The notes: generated by a model from the letters alone, not told the origin. DNA of 63,850 nt, filler included, from Rhabdomonas costata (GCA_019059605.1; 51 parts of 51 records of this genome joined end to end with filler, not necessarily neighbours in it); one strand, 5' to 3'; numbered from the whole stretch's first letter, positions 24,970 to 39,154 are shown. Numbers and translations: made by a program.

Positions 24970-27900
24970 CACCACACCCCNNNNNNNNNNNNNNNNNNNN
25001 NNNNNNNNNNNNNNNNNNNNNNNNTTAATTAATTAANNNNNNNNNNNNNNNNNNNNNNNNNNNNNNNNNNNNNNNNNNNNTTGGTGTGAGTGCACGCGTT
25101 CCCCCGTTCCGGCAGAGATGAGGGCAGGGCGCTAAGAGATACATTTACGGAGACAGTCTGGCTGTGTGGTCCCAATATGGCCCCTATCCCAGCACAAGAG
25201 TTGTGCATGCGCCGGTTTCTTGGGCCACAGAATTGCCATTCCTTCTCGGCGGTAGTACCATTTGCGGATTCTGAGTTCATGCCAGTCACAGGGGTTGTCT
25301 GTCTCACAATGTCTCACAACATCTCGAATATGTCGAACGACTGCGCATTCTGGGCCAGGTTTTTTCAACCTCACGGAGCTCCACTGAGGGTACCTTGGGA
25401 GGACTCGGGTCTGCCTTCGCTCCCACTCCGGCGGCGACCGGGGGCCCATCTAGGACTCGGGCTGTTTCACCACCTCTGTGCGACAGCAAAGCTGACTAGC
25501 CAGCCACGTGTCTGTGAGAGGTGCGTTGGTGGAAAATGGGGTGGAGTGGCGTGTGGTGTTCCGCAATTGGTTTGCCACTGTCGTTCTATTTATTTGTGTG
25601 CGGGGAGCAAGGACGCAGTGGCTGCGCTTCGGCCACTGCCCGAGTGTATTTAGATGCTTGTTTTTGCGAAGAAGAGGAAGTGCTGTCAAACCAGCAACAA
25701 TGGTAGTCCTGTTGTTCCCGGATTCCTTCCATATGTGTAGACGTTTTGTATTGACGTGCCTGCTTTCGTGATATGAGTCTTTTGACTGATCACAGCTGTT
25801 GCAATGAGGCGCTTACATTCAGGAGCAAAAAGCTCTCGCAATTCAGGCCTCTTGTATTGGGGGGGGGGCATTAAACGTTTAATACTGCTAAACGGTCGTA
25901 AATTTCCCAACGCCTTTAAATTAAATCATGTCTGTTTAGGGGGCAGAAAACAGTATATTTAACTCCATTGTGCTAAAATAAATGCAGTTAGAAGTCTTTA
26001 CTTCAATTTACCTAACCCCCCGTGCCCTATAAATTACATTCCGTATAAACTCCGCTAAACGTTGTAATGCTAAACCGAGCATCGCCCACCACATGGAACG
26101 TCCCAATCGCCCACTCGCTTCGGCCGGGCCGCGGACTGGCCTCCGGGGCACTGGCCTTCACATCTAAAACAATATTGTCCCAATTGATTTTAAATCCCAG
26201 CAAAGGCAATTCAACGACAATTTCCAAAAACAAANNNNNNNNNNNNNNNNNNNNNNNNNNNNNNNNNNNNNNNNNNNNTTAATTAATTAANNNNNNNNNN
26301 NNNNNNNNNNNNNNNNNNNNNNNNNNNNNNNNNNTGTGGGGGTTGCAATTGGTGGTGGTGGTGGGGGTGAGTGGAACGAAACTATCGTACACGGAGAAGC
26401 GAACAGCGCAGGACTGCCAGGAAACTGGGGAGAGGTGATAGACTGTACGTGTCGAGTCTCAGGACAATTCACGGCGAAGGCCCAGGCTTTGGGCACACGC
26501 GTTTCAGCACCGCACATATCTCGCTCATCCCGTTGTTCGGTGTTTGACAATGACAGTCAGGTTCGCTTTATGCAGAGCAAAGGGCTCCGAGCACCAGAAA
26601 ATTTGGAGTCCACGGATGAGAAAAGCAGGGCCAGTCCTCTGTACCGTTCGTGTTTGTCTTTACGGACAGAGAGCTGAATCAATGAAGAGCTGAGCAAATG
26701 CCTTTACACACAACTACAAACGTAGCGGGTGCGACGATGGAAACCAAAGGAGGCAGGGCTTCAGACGGAAACCTCCCGTTTCCTTGTTCCGAGTTCCGTG
26801 CTCGGGAAAAGTGGGAGGAAGAAAGGGAGGGGGGTTCTGGGGCCTTAGTCTTGGAAGCTGCTTTTCCGCCGCTTTTGGGCCATGTGTTGTGCCGTGGGCG
26901 GATTGTACTCCGTCTGGTTCCGCGTGTCACGCATATTCTCAGGAAGGAAGCTGCCACACCCCACACCCCACCGCAAAAAAATTCCGCTGCAAAATGCAAA
27001 CTCAAAGCAAACCAAAAGTTTTTTTTACAGACATGCAGGCAATCGATTCGGCATAAGCTATGCAGCACGGCGAATGATCCGCGCACTGATGACGGATGAA
27101 TACATGTTCGTGTTCGTGCCCCCTCTCCGAACCTAAGGCAAAATATATTCCGCGACTGGCAAACAATGCTGCATGTGAGTGCACAACTTGTTCGCGGGAC
27201 ATTACATGCAAGTACCTAAGTACATCTGGAACCATTGCTAACATTAGTCAAAACGTTCTAGAGAGCATCCGTTGCGATTCAAGAAAGTGTATTTCCATTA
27301 CGTCTTTCCAAACACAAGTCAAAGAAGAAAACTTTCGCCACAGCAGCGAGGAAGGAGCGGATCCGTGAATCTGGAGACAACCCAGTTGGAGTAGCTAAAA
27401 AGCCCTGATTCCTAGCACTGCATCCAAACGTGACTGCGCTTCATTCAGATATCCACTTCACTTCACTTCAATTACGACCCCCACCACCNNNNNNNNNNNN
27501 NNNNNNNNNNNNNNNNNNNNNNNNNNNNNNNNTTAATTAATTAANNNNNNNNNNNNNNNNNNNNNNNNNNNNNNNNNNNNNNNNNNNNTCCAGGCTTTCA
27601 GTCAAACTGGACGGTTAAGAAATTCTACCCCTTTATATTATTCGCTGTGCTGAGGGGAGCAAGCTCACAGCGGTTTCGTGGGCAAAGTTTAATAAAAGCA
27701 CGCAAAAAGGCTGCAGAAACCACAGGAAATTTTCACGAACCACTCATTCACCTGAAACTCAGCGTTGTGATGCAACATGGGGCTGTTAGAGGCATCTTGA
27801 CAACTCAGCTAAGAACACTTTTGTTTAGCTGCCCAAAATTCCCGGGTCAGGGGTTCAAGTCAGAGTAGGGCACTGCATCTCAGAGGCTCACAGCCTCTCT

Positions 27901-28225
27901 GAGGTAAACATTCTGTCAGTAACCCTGGTTTAGTCTCATTCAGGTTTGATAAGCCACCGAATAAGAAAACAGGTAAAGGCAAGAAACTCAAGAAAGACAA
28001 CCACCAGCAAGTCCTGGGCACCAAAAAAAGGCCAAAAGGTTCCACATCAATAATAAGTGCAGAGCCCGAGGTGATGAACTCCTTCCACAGAGAAAACAAT
28101 CACAGACCAGAAAGATTACAGCTCAATAGCTGATGGTTGCTACCAACAATGCGAAATCTGAGCAACGCTCAGTCTCTAACCTTGATTCAATGAACGCAGT
28201 TGCGCGCACATCGCCCCGTGCATGC

Positions 28226-28735
28226 TCACACGTCCTGCAACACCTGCTCGTGCCCAACAAACTCTTCCCAGAGCAAAGGGTACTGCGTGCGAAACCGCAC
28301 CACTGTCTCCTTCTCGCTCTTGATGAGCAACTCGTGCATAAATTTCACGAAGGACTGTGCGAGACTAATCGCCATGGCCACCTTATTGCCATAAACCTCA
28401 GGCATTTCGTTTTTCACAAACTCAAACTTGTTCGGCCAACGGCGCTGAATCTCCAAAACAATGTCGTCTGCGAAAGGCTGCCACGATGAACGAGGCGAGG
28501 CCCCATTTCGAGGATTCTCCAACTGGGCAAGCTCATCCTTGAACCCGTGAAGCTTCTTTTGGAAGCCTGCGTCATTGCTCTTGCCCTTGGCTTTGGACAT
28601 TTGCTCGATACGCTGCTTCAAACTGGCAATCTTCATAGCCGCATCGACCTTGTGTGGATCATTCTCGTCCCTTTTAGAAAAGCGCGCGAGCATCTTGGCC
28701 ACAACCTCGCGGATGGATCTGCGGTAAATATACCA
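28226..28735 (-). CDS. Hypothetical protein, probable terminal exon
   Basis: About 170 aa open frame with protein-like composition and a coiled segment; no family recognised. Confidence 0.55.
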   Translation of the reverse strand, partial: WYIYRRSIREVVAKMLARFSKRDENDPHKVDAAMKIASLKQRIEQMSKAKGKSNDAGFQKKLHGFKDELAQLENPRNGASPRSSWQPFADDIVLEIQRRWPNKFEFVKNEMPEVYGNKVAMAISLAQSFVKFMHELLIKSEKETVVRFRTQYPLLWEEFVGHEQVLQDV

Positions 28736-28857
28736 CCACACNNNNNNNNNNNNNNNNNNNNNNNNNNNNNNNNNNNNNNNNNNNNTTAATTAATTAANNN
28801 NNNNNNNNNNNNNNNNNNNNNNNNNNNNNNNNNNNNNNNNNTTTGTTTGTGGTGCAG

Positions 28858-29668
28858 GACCTCCCTAGTGATGATAGTCCTGCTGCGGCTGATTACGGCC
28901 CCCTTGGGCCGCCTGGTGCGAGAGGTCGAAGCGCTATGCACGCTGGACGTGGGCCAGGTGCAGCCCTTCCCCCGGTCTGTGCTGTCTGAAGTAGACACAC
29001 TGACCCAGGCCTTCAACGCGCTGACCCGGAGTCTTGCAGAGTACCGGAAGTTCATGCCAGAGTCCCTGTTCGTGCGGGATGCACGGGATCGCCACTCCTC
29101 CGATGGGCAGTCGGAGCCTGAACCGTTCGAGCGTGCTGCATCGGTACCCTCACCGATTCTTGCGGAACCTGCAAGCCCGGTGCGCGTGTTGATTATGGAG
29201 TTGTTGTGGTGTCACTTGCTGTTGGACGCATCGAGGCATCGAGGAACGGGAGCAGAGGAGAAAGCTGATATAGCTTGGTTAGTGCAATGTGTGGATCCCA
29301 GATTACGATGATCTATTCTGTTGTGAAGATTCACGTCTACGGAAATTATTTCTGGAGTATGTGTCGAATTACTCACCGGCGCCTTTATGAAATCCAGCGT
29401 GTGGTACATCCGGAAAATTCTTTTGATGGACATGGGTGGTTTTCACGTGTTAATGTATGTGTGTGTGTGTGTGCAGAATGCAGCAGGACTGCCGCTGCAA
29501 CCCCCAGAGATAAACCCTGGCAGTGGGTCATTTCCCTCGACTCAGGCAAGGACACCTCGGTCCTGTCTCCCCGAGGCAGGGGTTTCTCAGGCCCCTCGAC
29601 TGTGCACTGTGGCGTGCTTCGACCTGGCGGGGTTCGAGTCCCTAGTTGCGGCCAAAGGCGTTCAAAGG
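28858..29668 (+). CDS. Membrane adenylate/guanylate cyclase-like protein with HAMP domain (exons 28858-29179, 29477-~29668)
   Basis: TM end-ITAPLGRLVREV...SEVDTLTQAFNALTRSLAEYRKFMPESL (HAMP plus cyclase linker), then CTVACFDLAGF (first cyclase strand). Confidence 0.75.
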
Positions 29669-30365
29669 GTATTTCGCCGTCGTCCCCACCCCCCCTACCA
29701 GCCTAAGTTTCGGTTGTTTCTCTTCCAGAGAGGGAAAGGACCCATACAACAAATGCAATAAGTGCCTCTGCGTGCGTGTGTAGAATGCGAATTTCGGCCC
29801 GCGTACAGCGGCTTTAAATCATGGGACTGTTCCGCGCTCAGCGCAGACATGCACTTGCGAGCAAACAGACGCATTTGTCCCCAAGTCAAAGACTACTGCC
29901 TTTGAAAGGGTGTATACCCCTCTCCCCCTCTCCAGCCCAAGCGGCTTCAGAGTAAAAGCGCCCCTAAAACAACGAAGCGAAAACATAGTCACGGGNNNNN
30001 NNNNNNNNNNNNNNNNNNNNNNNNNNNNNNNNNNNNNNNTTAATTAATTAANNNNNNNNNNNNNNNNNNNNNNNNNNNNNNNNNNNNNNNNNNNNGTGGT
30101 GGGTGTGTTTGGGTGTTGTGGGAAGGGCGAGCCATCACATCTGCTCATTGTCGGCATTCGCTCTGGCGTGGCGAGGCTGAACAGCATGGGTTCCCCTACT
30201 ACCTAACTGACTTTGCTAACTTTTAACGTGCGGTTGGACGTTAGGTGTCCCCTGCTTTCAGGGCGGTGGGCAAGTATTTTTTTTGCATGGAGAGTGTAAT
30301 TAGGGGAGTTGTGTGTTTTTGTGATGGATATTTCTCTGGGTTTATCGAATGGTTTGCCTGCACAG

Positions 30366-30471
30366 CGCTGCGCTTGTGGTGGAGGAGGAGGCCGTGGCTC
30401 GGGTTAGAGCCTCTGCGCTGGAGGCCGAGGAGCGCATCCGCCTGGTCCGAGGGGTGGCCGCCTTCCTGGAG
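30366..30471 (+). CDS. Small coiled-coil exon
   Basis: AG/GT-bounded AALVVEEEAVARVRASALEAEERIRLVRGVAAFLE. Confidence 0.5.
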
Positions 30472-32640
30472 GTGCTCACTTTCCACCTCACCACCACCAC
30501 TCACCGCTATCACCTATGGGTTTTGTCTTGGCCTTACGTCGCGAGCAGCTGTACACACACTGTCAAGCTGCTTTCCTGAAGCGCAGAAATCGCGCCCACC
30601 ATCCCGATCTCAGTTTTTTGCCCTTTCTTAGGGGGTGTACCCGTGCTCGCTAGAATTCCAGTCGAAAATTTGGAGGGATTTAGAGGGCAATTCTTTTGGG
30701 CTTGGGTGAGAGAGAGGCAGATGAGAGGGAGAGGGTAGATGGAACCAGGCGTGAATGAAAACATGGAAACAGAACGGAAACTGCCTTGTCCCCCTTTGTT
30801 TTTCTGGAAATCGCACCATTCTTTGTGTTGTGAATGTGTCCAGAGCGCAAATCGGAATTTGGATCTACTCTCCATCCAAGGCATGGTTTGATCAGGTTGA
30901 CCGTATTGTAGGCATCGTCGACTGTCGCTGTTCTTTGGCAGACTTCATAGTTGTAGTCATGGAAAAGAACACCCCACTGGACCGTTCCACGCCGTTGTCG
31001 CGTCCTCTGAGTTTGCCATGCGGTAAGCCGAATTTACTATTGCAACGAAGGGGAACGTGCACTGGAGCTTGGGTGTTGTGGGGAGTGGTAACTATTTTTT
31101 TCTATGAGAGCATATTTTTAAGATTCGTTGAAGTCCCCCCAACTCGCGCCCTCTCCCCAGCAGTTCACTGTTGCTGGTCGAGACGAGAGCCCAGTGGAGT
31201 GCAGTCAGGCTGTGTGTGTTAGCTGCATGGATTTTGACCTGAAATACACAGCGNNNNNNNNNNNNNNNNNNNNNNNNNNNNNNNNNNNNNNNNNNNNTTA
31301 ATTAATTAANNNNNNNNNNNNNNNNNNNNNNNNNNNNNNNNNNNNNNNNNNNNGGGGGGTTGGCCTCGAAGGCAGCGCTGTCTGGGTCCACCACCACGGC
31401 GTCCACCACCACGGCTACGATGGCGCCGAAAAGCCACAGCAGGAGCAGTGGCGGAGGAGCTGCCGTGGTGAGGAGGCGAACAGGGAACTCCCTCATCGAA
31501 GGGAGGTGACATCAACAGTCCAAGGGAGCTGGCATTGGAAAGAAAGGTGCTAAAGTAGAGCGCAGGAGTCAAGATTATTTGACCATTATCCCTCCCGTCA
31601 TTATTATTTGTAGGCAACTCGTGGCGTGTTCTGAATCATCAACAGGTGGAAGGAGGGACAGGGCATACGACGTGTAACGGAGTTAGGTGCATCACCCTCT
31701 ATCCCCAAAAGAAATCCACTGGAATCTCAAAATGCCAGCCCTTGCCGCAAGTGCAGTGTGTGTGTGTGTTAGTAATGGTATGTGCTTCCCAGCTTTCGCT
31801 TTGATGACGCTGGCTCCGGACTTCATCCAAGTGTTTGACCCAAATCCGATACAATCCAAACCACACGGCCTCAGCATACTAGCAAGAAGAGTCTACCAAT
31901 GCCCGTCGCTAAGGCTTTGAAATCCCGATCATGTGAAATTGGGTGCAGAAAAATGGGTACGTGAAGATGAATTAGTGCAGCAATGTTAAGCTATAGCCTT
32001 CCTTTGAAGCCTTTGGAGTCAGTTTGGGCGAATTTGTCTCAAACAGTGCAGCGACGTCCTCCAGCTGCCCCAGCGATGCATACCTGAAGACCAAAGGAAG
32101 TACGGCGACGAGCGAAGAACCATGTGGACAAGTACCCAGTGCATTCCCACGACACAGAGCGTGGCTCCAGCAAGGTACCTCATTACTGTGCGTGTATGTA
32201 TGTGTACGCATGCGCGGTGGCCGCGGCGTCATTGGGTCCCCACCACCACAAATCAAGTCATCTGCTCCATCGCCTCAGTTAATGCGGCCGCCCTTTGGGG
32301 CGCCTCCCCGACACTTCCTGCACTTTGGCCCCCGCCGGTACTCACCACAGGGGCAGGCTGCGCGGACAGTGCTTCTGGAGGCGCTGCGGGAGGGGTGGCG
32401 GCTACCCCTTCACTTCCCGAGGCATAGGGAGCGCCCGTCAACGGAACGCCACCTTCCGAGGCGGCGGCTGCACTTCCTGCTGCATCACCAGCTGCAACCC
32501 CCACCCNNNNNNNNNNNNNNNNNNNNNNNNNNNNNNNNNNNNNNNNNNNNTTAATTAATTAANNNNNNNNNNNNNNNNNNNNNNNNNNNNNNNNNNNNNN
32601 NNNNNNGGGTTGGGGGGGGTTGCACCAACCAACCTCAAAG

Positions 32641-32792
32641 GTCAATGTTCAATTCAATTCGATTCAATTCAATGTCAACAGTTCACAGTTCAGTGTGACC
32701 AGTTCAAAGTTCAATGTAGGGCAGTTCAAAGTTCAATTCTAATCCTTTCTCTCTCCTTTTTCATTTCATTTCAATTCAATTCAAAGTTCAAT
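32641..32792 (+). repeat. Degenerate (TTCAA)n-type simple repeat
   Basis: Many ttcaa/gttca units. Confidence 0.75.
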
Positions 32793-35114
32793 GCTACCCT
32801 GGTGCAACAAACGTCGCATTTCGGCACAAAGCCATGCCGAGCGCAAAAAAACAAAAGTAGCAGTTTCAGTTATACAAGTACAAGTAGTACAAGTACACTG
32901 ACACCTGGACAAAGGCCGCAGTCAGGCACCGACAGTGAGAAATTGTCACATGAAAAGAATGAGGCGAGAAAAAAGAACAAGCGCTGTAAATGAGAGAGAG
33001 AGAGCGTCACCCGCATTAACTTTTGAGCTTCTCCCGCAAAGGTGCTAAAAGCTGCGTCAAGGGGTGTATGAAGGAAAACATGACGGAGGGGGGGTGGGGC
33101 GTGCTCCTTGGCGAACATGAAAAACAAAAGAAATGATTTCCGAGACCAAAGACCGGAGTGAGCCCGACATTAAAAGGCGAAAAAAGGAGACAAAAGGAAG
33201 ATGCGCAAAAATTCTCCGTATCTTCACTCCGTATCTTTTTCATGCGTTCTGCGTCGCAACCCAGAAATGCAAAGCTTGACGGCACAAACGGAAAATCGGG
33301 CAAAATGCCCGGCCCCTACACTATCCCGAGGAAAATCCTTGCTATTACCCACCATAAACCAGCATGAGACAGAGCAGAAAACGCGAAACCCAAACTGGCT
33401 CCAGCACAAAAAGTCCGGGTTCCTTCGGTACCACGCCAAGGTCTTCCGAAGTGGAAGTTCACAGGCTGTCCGCAGACTGCACGCAACGGCCAACGGCCAA
33501 CGGCGACGAGACCCATCACCGCTTCTTTTTGTTTTCCTTTTCCTCCTTGGCCTTTTTCTTTTCTGGGCCTGGGCCGCTGGCTCCAGACTTCTCAGACTTC
33601 TCAAACTTTGACCAATCCCTAAGTAACAACCAACAAACCGGGAAGGGGACGTCCAGAATGAGCGCACAGGGCATAGGGGCAGTGTTTCGGGCAGGAGACG
33701 CCGAGATGTTCATGGCGTAAATAAGAAAGTATGTAAATAAATAAATAAATACAAAAAAAANNNNNNNNNNNNNNNNNNNNNNNNNNNNNNNNNNNNNNNN
33801 NNNNTTAATTAATTAANNNNNNNNNNNNNNNNNNNNNNNNNNNNNNNNNNNNNNNNNNNNTGTGGTGGGTGTGGTTGGGGTGGGTTTTGACTGTGATGGA
33901 ACACTGTGTGGTAATGGCTTACATTATATCTGGTGCAAGCCTCCTCTCTTCCTCTCTCGTTTTTGAGGGCACAGACGAGATTCTTGTTGACAGATGACGC
34001 TGTCTCCTGGTCCCCTATACCATAACGTATCTCGTAACCATACCTTCTGCGAGGATTATGACGGCCATGGGGCTCAATCGAAAAATTCCTCCTTCCAACC
34101 TTTGATCAGCGTCTAAAGCTATGTGACTGGGGCAATGTTAGGGCCCGTCTGCTCTTTCATAAGCACTGGTCACATCGCTGGCTTCTTTTTTGAATTGACA
34201 TTGTAAAATCGGGGAGCGAACACAAAGACTGTGGACGAAAAAATCTCGCTGAGCAAGCAGAATGGTCACAGCTTGTTGTCGCACGTTAAAGGTTATTCCC
34301 CCACTATCCTCCCAGTTGCTCTCTGTATCATACCTGTCAGGCACTGCCACCGTGACGAGCACCCCGTTCTTAACGGAGCTTATGTTTGAGATTGAGCTGC
34401 CGGGCTTCCCACTGAGCTGGTTCTTCCCCGCGCATTTCGTGCTCGCGCTGGCCGGTGCTCTGAATCTGACCGCCGAGGTCTGGCTTCACCCCCCCCTCCC
34501 ACATTTTTTTTTGCTGAGCGCCAGTTTTTTATCTGCGCGCTCGTGTTCCGCGATGACGAGCTGACCCCTTCTTGGAAATTGGGTGCCTTCAGGGGTTGCG
34601 GTGGGGTTCGGAATCCCGTGTGCAGTGCTTTGTGAACTTGACAACGTGGCTTTGCAGCCCCGGATATCTTATGTGCCGGAGTTTAGCCTTCTCTCACCGT
34701 GTCAGACAAGCGAATCGGGAAGTTTTCCACTTTTATTCCGACCCCTTTTGGTATCTCCACACCAAAACTTTGTGTGTGTGACTCCGCGAAAGGATGTCAA
34801 TCCATCCACCACAAATCAGTTTGTGTGTGTTCTCCCGCGCGCACGCGCCTAGTTGTCATTCACTCCTTGTTTATGGCTCTTTCCTGGAAAATGCGACTGC
34901 GAAAGAAGCATCATCCCAGGGGGGGGGGCAGCAGGAAAATTGCCATGTGTGTCTCAAGATCGCACACACACATGCACTGGGACCCACTTTCCAGGAATGA
35001 GCATACACACACACNNNNNNNNNNNNNNNNNNNNNNNNNNNNNNNNNNNNNNNNNNNNTTAATTAATTAANNNNNNNNNNNNNNNNNNNNNNNNNNNNNN
35101 NNNNNNNNNNNNNN

Positions 35115-36263
35115 GTGGTCGGCACATTTACAGGACTCAAGCCGGGCACGGAGTACTACGTCGCTGTGCAGGTGCGGTTTGTTCGGGGGGATGTAGGAAT
35201 GGCTTTTGGATTGCACTCAGCCTTTTATAGGGTTTTGCGTGGTGCATTATGCTCATTCCGTCTGAATATTTTACTCTTTCTGCGTGAGTTCAACCTTGGT
35301 GCTGAGCGGCACAAGAGGGAGAAAGTTCAGAGGGTGGCCTGTCACCCTTTTGCCGTATTTGAATGACCCCGAATGGAATTCAGTGCATGAATTTTCCTGT
35401 ATACTGAGAAGTTAGGCAGGGTTTGGTATCGTTGTTCCCTCCTTGATAACGCTTGGCTTTATTTGAAAGTTGTGGCCGAAATAAAGCTCAACTGTCAAGT
35501 TTGGCCATGTGGTTGCGCCATGAAAAAGCCGCTACTTGGCTTCGTGGACTTCGTGGACTTCCAAGATTTTCAAGCGCTCCCAAACTGCTTCCCCGACCAC
35601 ACCCACTCTTGTTTTTCGGCATAGGCGTGCACGGGGGTGCGGTGGGGGCCGTGGAGCACCCCTCGGGTGCTGAGCACCGCCGCGCCGCCTGCAGTGCGCC
35701 TCAGCCACCGCGGCGAGGACTACATTCACGTCAAGTGGAGCTCCGAGTACATCACCGCCAATGCCATTGACCCCAACACCGCGAAGTTCCATCTGCGGGT
35801 CCGCCCGTGCCTACGCATTTCCGCTCGCCACCAGAAAGAGCTGCCATTTGAAGAACAGCGTTTGCTGGTGCCACCTCCTTTGGAATTCAGCACTTGGGCG
35901 AGGAGGTAGGAAGCGGTGCCACGTCACCTGGATTCCAGCGGTGTATTTTGGTGGGTTAGGTGATGAAAGTGCCCTGCTCTGGCCGGTCGAAATCTTTTTA
36001 TCGCCAGGCCCCCGCATCTTTTGTTTTACGTGCACAAAAGCAGGAAAGAGTACTGATAGCGCTGGCAGTCAGATGCAAAATGCTGAGCGGCGGGGAGCCA
36101 GGATGTGAGTTTTTTCCTCTGGCAAGAGGTGGAATGGTGCTCTGGTGTGCTGGGGTGAGGTTTCTTGCCTGAATATGTCACCCCCGCGTTTCCCTTTTCC
36201 TCCCTTAAGATTGTTCGCTGCCGCACGTTTGACACCAACGACCCCCTGGAGCCCACGGACCAC
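35115..36263 (+). CDS. Fibronectin type III repeat protein (exons 35115-35171, 35625-35798, 36210-end)
   Basis: FTGLKPGTEYYVAVQ|ACTGVRWGPWS...YIHVKWS; two GT-AG introns. Confidence 0.85.
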
Positions 36264-38100
36264 AACCCNNNNNNNNNNNNNNNNNNNNNNNNNNNNNNNN
36301 NNNNNNNNNNNNTTAATTAATTAANNNNNNNNNNNNNNNNNNNNNNNNNNNNNNNNNNNNNNNNNNNNTGTGTGTGGGTGATCTCTCAATCTGGTTAAAA
36401 ATTCTGCCAAACCTGTATGATCAACTGCATACTATCCGATTCTCCACAAGTTTTGCAGAATTTTTAACCAGATTGAGAGATCACTCACATCATCGAAACA
36501 TTGACTAGAGTAGTCTGTGCCTCCAGAAGGTTTGACTTGAACAAAACTTCCAGAGGCATTGGACTCAATCGGCGCCCGGCGTCCTACTTGATCCGTTAGC
36601 CTCTAAGTTTGCCACAGTCATGTCTTAACGAATGAAGAAAACACGCTTTACCAGTGGCTCAATCAACCTCATCTACACAAATTCTGGTGCAAACCTGGTT
36701 TCATTCAGTACCGAGTTCAGCTGAATTTGCTTTCTAGTTGACAAGCGGTGAACTGCGTTCCGCACACACTGCCTGCGCTGATACTGTATAATCAAATTTT
36801 TGCATGCTCTGTGCATACGTTAGGGCGTTTTTCTTGCAGTCTGAGCGTGTCATTGACACACCCAGTGTTGGTTGACTCTCTACACAAAACGTCTGCACTG
36901 AACTGTTATTTGCGCTTCTCAGATCTTCTTCCATGTAGCCTTCTTCATTGCACAGATTTTTTAGGTAGAAGACTTGCTCGCAACACAACACTACAAATTT
37001 TATCTCTGGTTTGCCGCTTTATCCACAAAACACGGAAATTAAATATTGCCACAACACTCTTCTTCTTGATCGAATGAAAATAAAGTTCAACATTTGAGGA
37101 AACAACCTTTAGGCCAATAATCTTGGGCGTAATGTAGCGGGTTGGATCCAACATTCCAACCATTTTATTTTTGATAGAAACAGTTCACACGTCACGAAAA
37201 CTGTGTGCTTCCTTACTATGTCTTCGGTTCCTACTTCGTAGCTCTCGACATAATTTACAGGTTATCCTTAATGAAATATCCTGGCAAAGCGCATTAAAAA
37301 CACCTCAGCGCAGCAAGCGGCACAGCGTTGCACAACGGTGATTGTCAAAACGTGGTTCTCCATTCCAACGAGATGATGGTTGTTGTAGGCGATGATCTAA
37401 GCTAGTTGTACCTGTGTTAAACCATATCCACTACTCTTGGTATTTCTCTAACCGACACCACATCAGCCAAATTGAACTTGCACTGACCACCACTGGACTC
37501 TCTGAACCGTGTGATACACCCCACNNNNNNNNNNNNNNNNNNNNNNNNNNNNNNNNNNNNNNNNNNNNTTAATTAATTAANNNNNNNNNNNNNNNNNNNN
37601 NNNNNNNNNNNNNNNNNNNNNNNNGGTTTGTGTTCACTTTACTGCAGCCTTAACGGAACACCGTTCGACACTTGGTAGGTCCACTTGCAAGCAGCAAACA
37701 GCACGCACGGAACAAGAAAGAGATGAGAAGCCGGAAGCGGTACTCCAACCCGGAGGGTGTAAGGGTGAGGAGTAACGGGAGGGGGAGGCTCAGTTCGGCT
37801 GGATGCCCGCGCGGACCTTGCCTAGTTCTTTCAGCGCTTGACGAGGCCGACAGGGCAAAAAAAACAACCCTCTGCAAGGGTACTTGCAAACATGGGGAAA
37901 TGCAGAGTTTGTCTCTGGCATTATTGGGAAATGCTTTCGAATTCTTCTTCCAGTTCTCCTTACCCAACTCAGTTCTTTTGATATTGACGAATGGATGGCA
38001 CGACTTCCGAAGAGGGGGTTGTGGCAACGCGCAGCAGCGCACCTTCTTCCCCTTGTCCACTCACCGGGATTTTCCTGGTGGGAGATCTGCACAACCCGCA

Positions 38101-38768
38101 GGCCAGCATTAAGTTGTTCGTTCCCATCTCCTCACCGGACATGTCCGTGCAGGAGGTGAGCGGACATACATTTTTCCGCTTCAAATTTGCCTTTGATTTT
38201 CGTTGCTGAGCGGAGCAGTGGGTTTTTGCTGGCGATTTTTTTATGGTAGCTTTTTTATTACTTGGTTTTAGACGTTGCCTGCGGGATCTAGCGAGTTACG
38301 GTTCATAACTTCATTGCTTAGTTGGACGGCCTCGAGTGCGGAAACTTTCTCAATGTCAATCGCAAGCGTTTCTAGGAACCGCTTCTGTTTTGAAGGGGTG
38401 TTCCTGTGGTTTTGATGCGTTGAGAGGTCCTTGAGCTTTTGGCTCTTTTGACTTTTTCTTCTTTTTTGTCACGCCCTTTGCTGAAGAAAAGTGGTAAAAG
38501 AGGCAGTGAAATAGTAACAGCGATTTTTGAGTTGAGGCGGGAGATTTCCTTCTTTCCATACAGGTGTACAACTTCGCCAGCAGCTCAGCATCTGCCCAAG
38601 GCTTCGACCATACTCTCATGACCGCGGCGCTCTATGGCCGCTCATCTTTCAGCCCGGTACTGCTTGAGCGGGGCAGCCCAATTCGCGTGGCTGACGAGGC
38701 CCTGGGCTTCCCGGGTAACCCAGCTTTTGGCATGCTGCAGCTGATCGCCGGGCAACAAGACGGACAGC
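38101..38768 (+). CDS. Unidentified spliced protein (exons ~38102-38155, 38564-end)
   Basis: ASIKLFVPISSPDMSVQE|VYNFASSSASAQGFDHTLMTAALYGRSS... joined by a GT-AG intron. Confidence 0.45.
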
Positions 38769-38884
38769 CCACCACCCNNNNNNNNNNNNNNNNNNNNNNN
38801 NNNNNNNNNNNNNNNNNNNNNTTAATTAATTAANNNNNNNNNNNNNNNNNNNNNNNNNNNNNNNNNNNNNNNNNNNNGGGGTTT

Positions 38885-39154
38885 GGGATCTCCCCAATCG
38901 TCGACTTGGATAATCTTTGCGCCTTGCAAGAGCTGCATCACTAGTCCAGCGGTGACGATTGGGGAGATCCCAAGTTCCATCAGCGTACCCTTATTCGACG
39001 CCAGAATCACTCGCATCCAGTAAAATGGATCAGAGGATTTGGAGGCGCGGATCCCGAAGACAGGAATCTGGCAGCAGACCAAGAAGATGAACAATGCAAG
39101 CGCTGTCCATAGGATGCGATCTTGGAATTTTACCTTCTTCTCCGGTGCAGTAAC
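38885..39154 (-). CDS. SEC61A: Protein transport protein Sec61 alpha, exon
   Basis: [65 protein letters not shown]. Confidence 0.97.

Noticed and set aside
36378-36484. 30-bp perfect inverted repeat
   Set aside because: Directly follows the primer-like tail at the contig start; likely fold-back.
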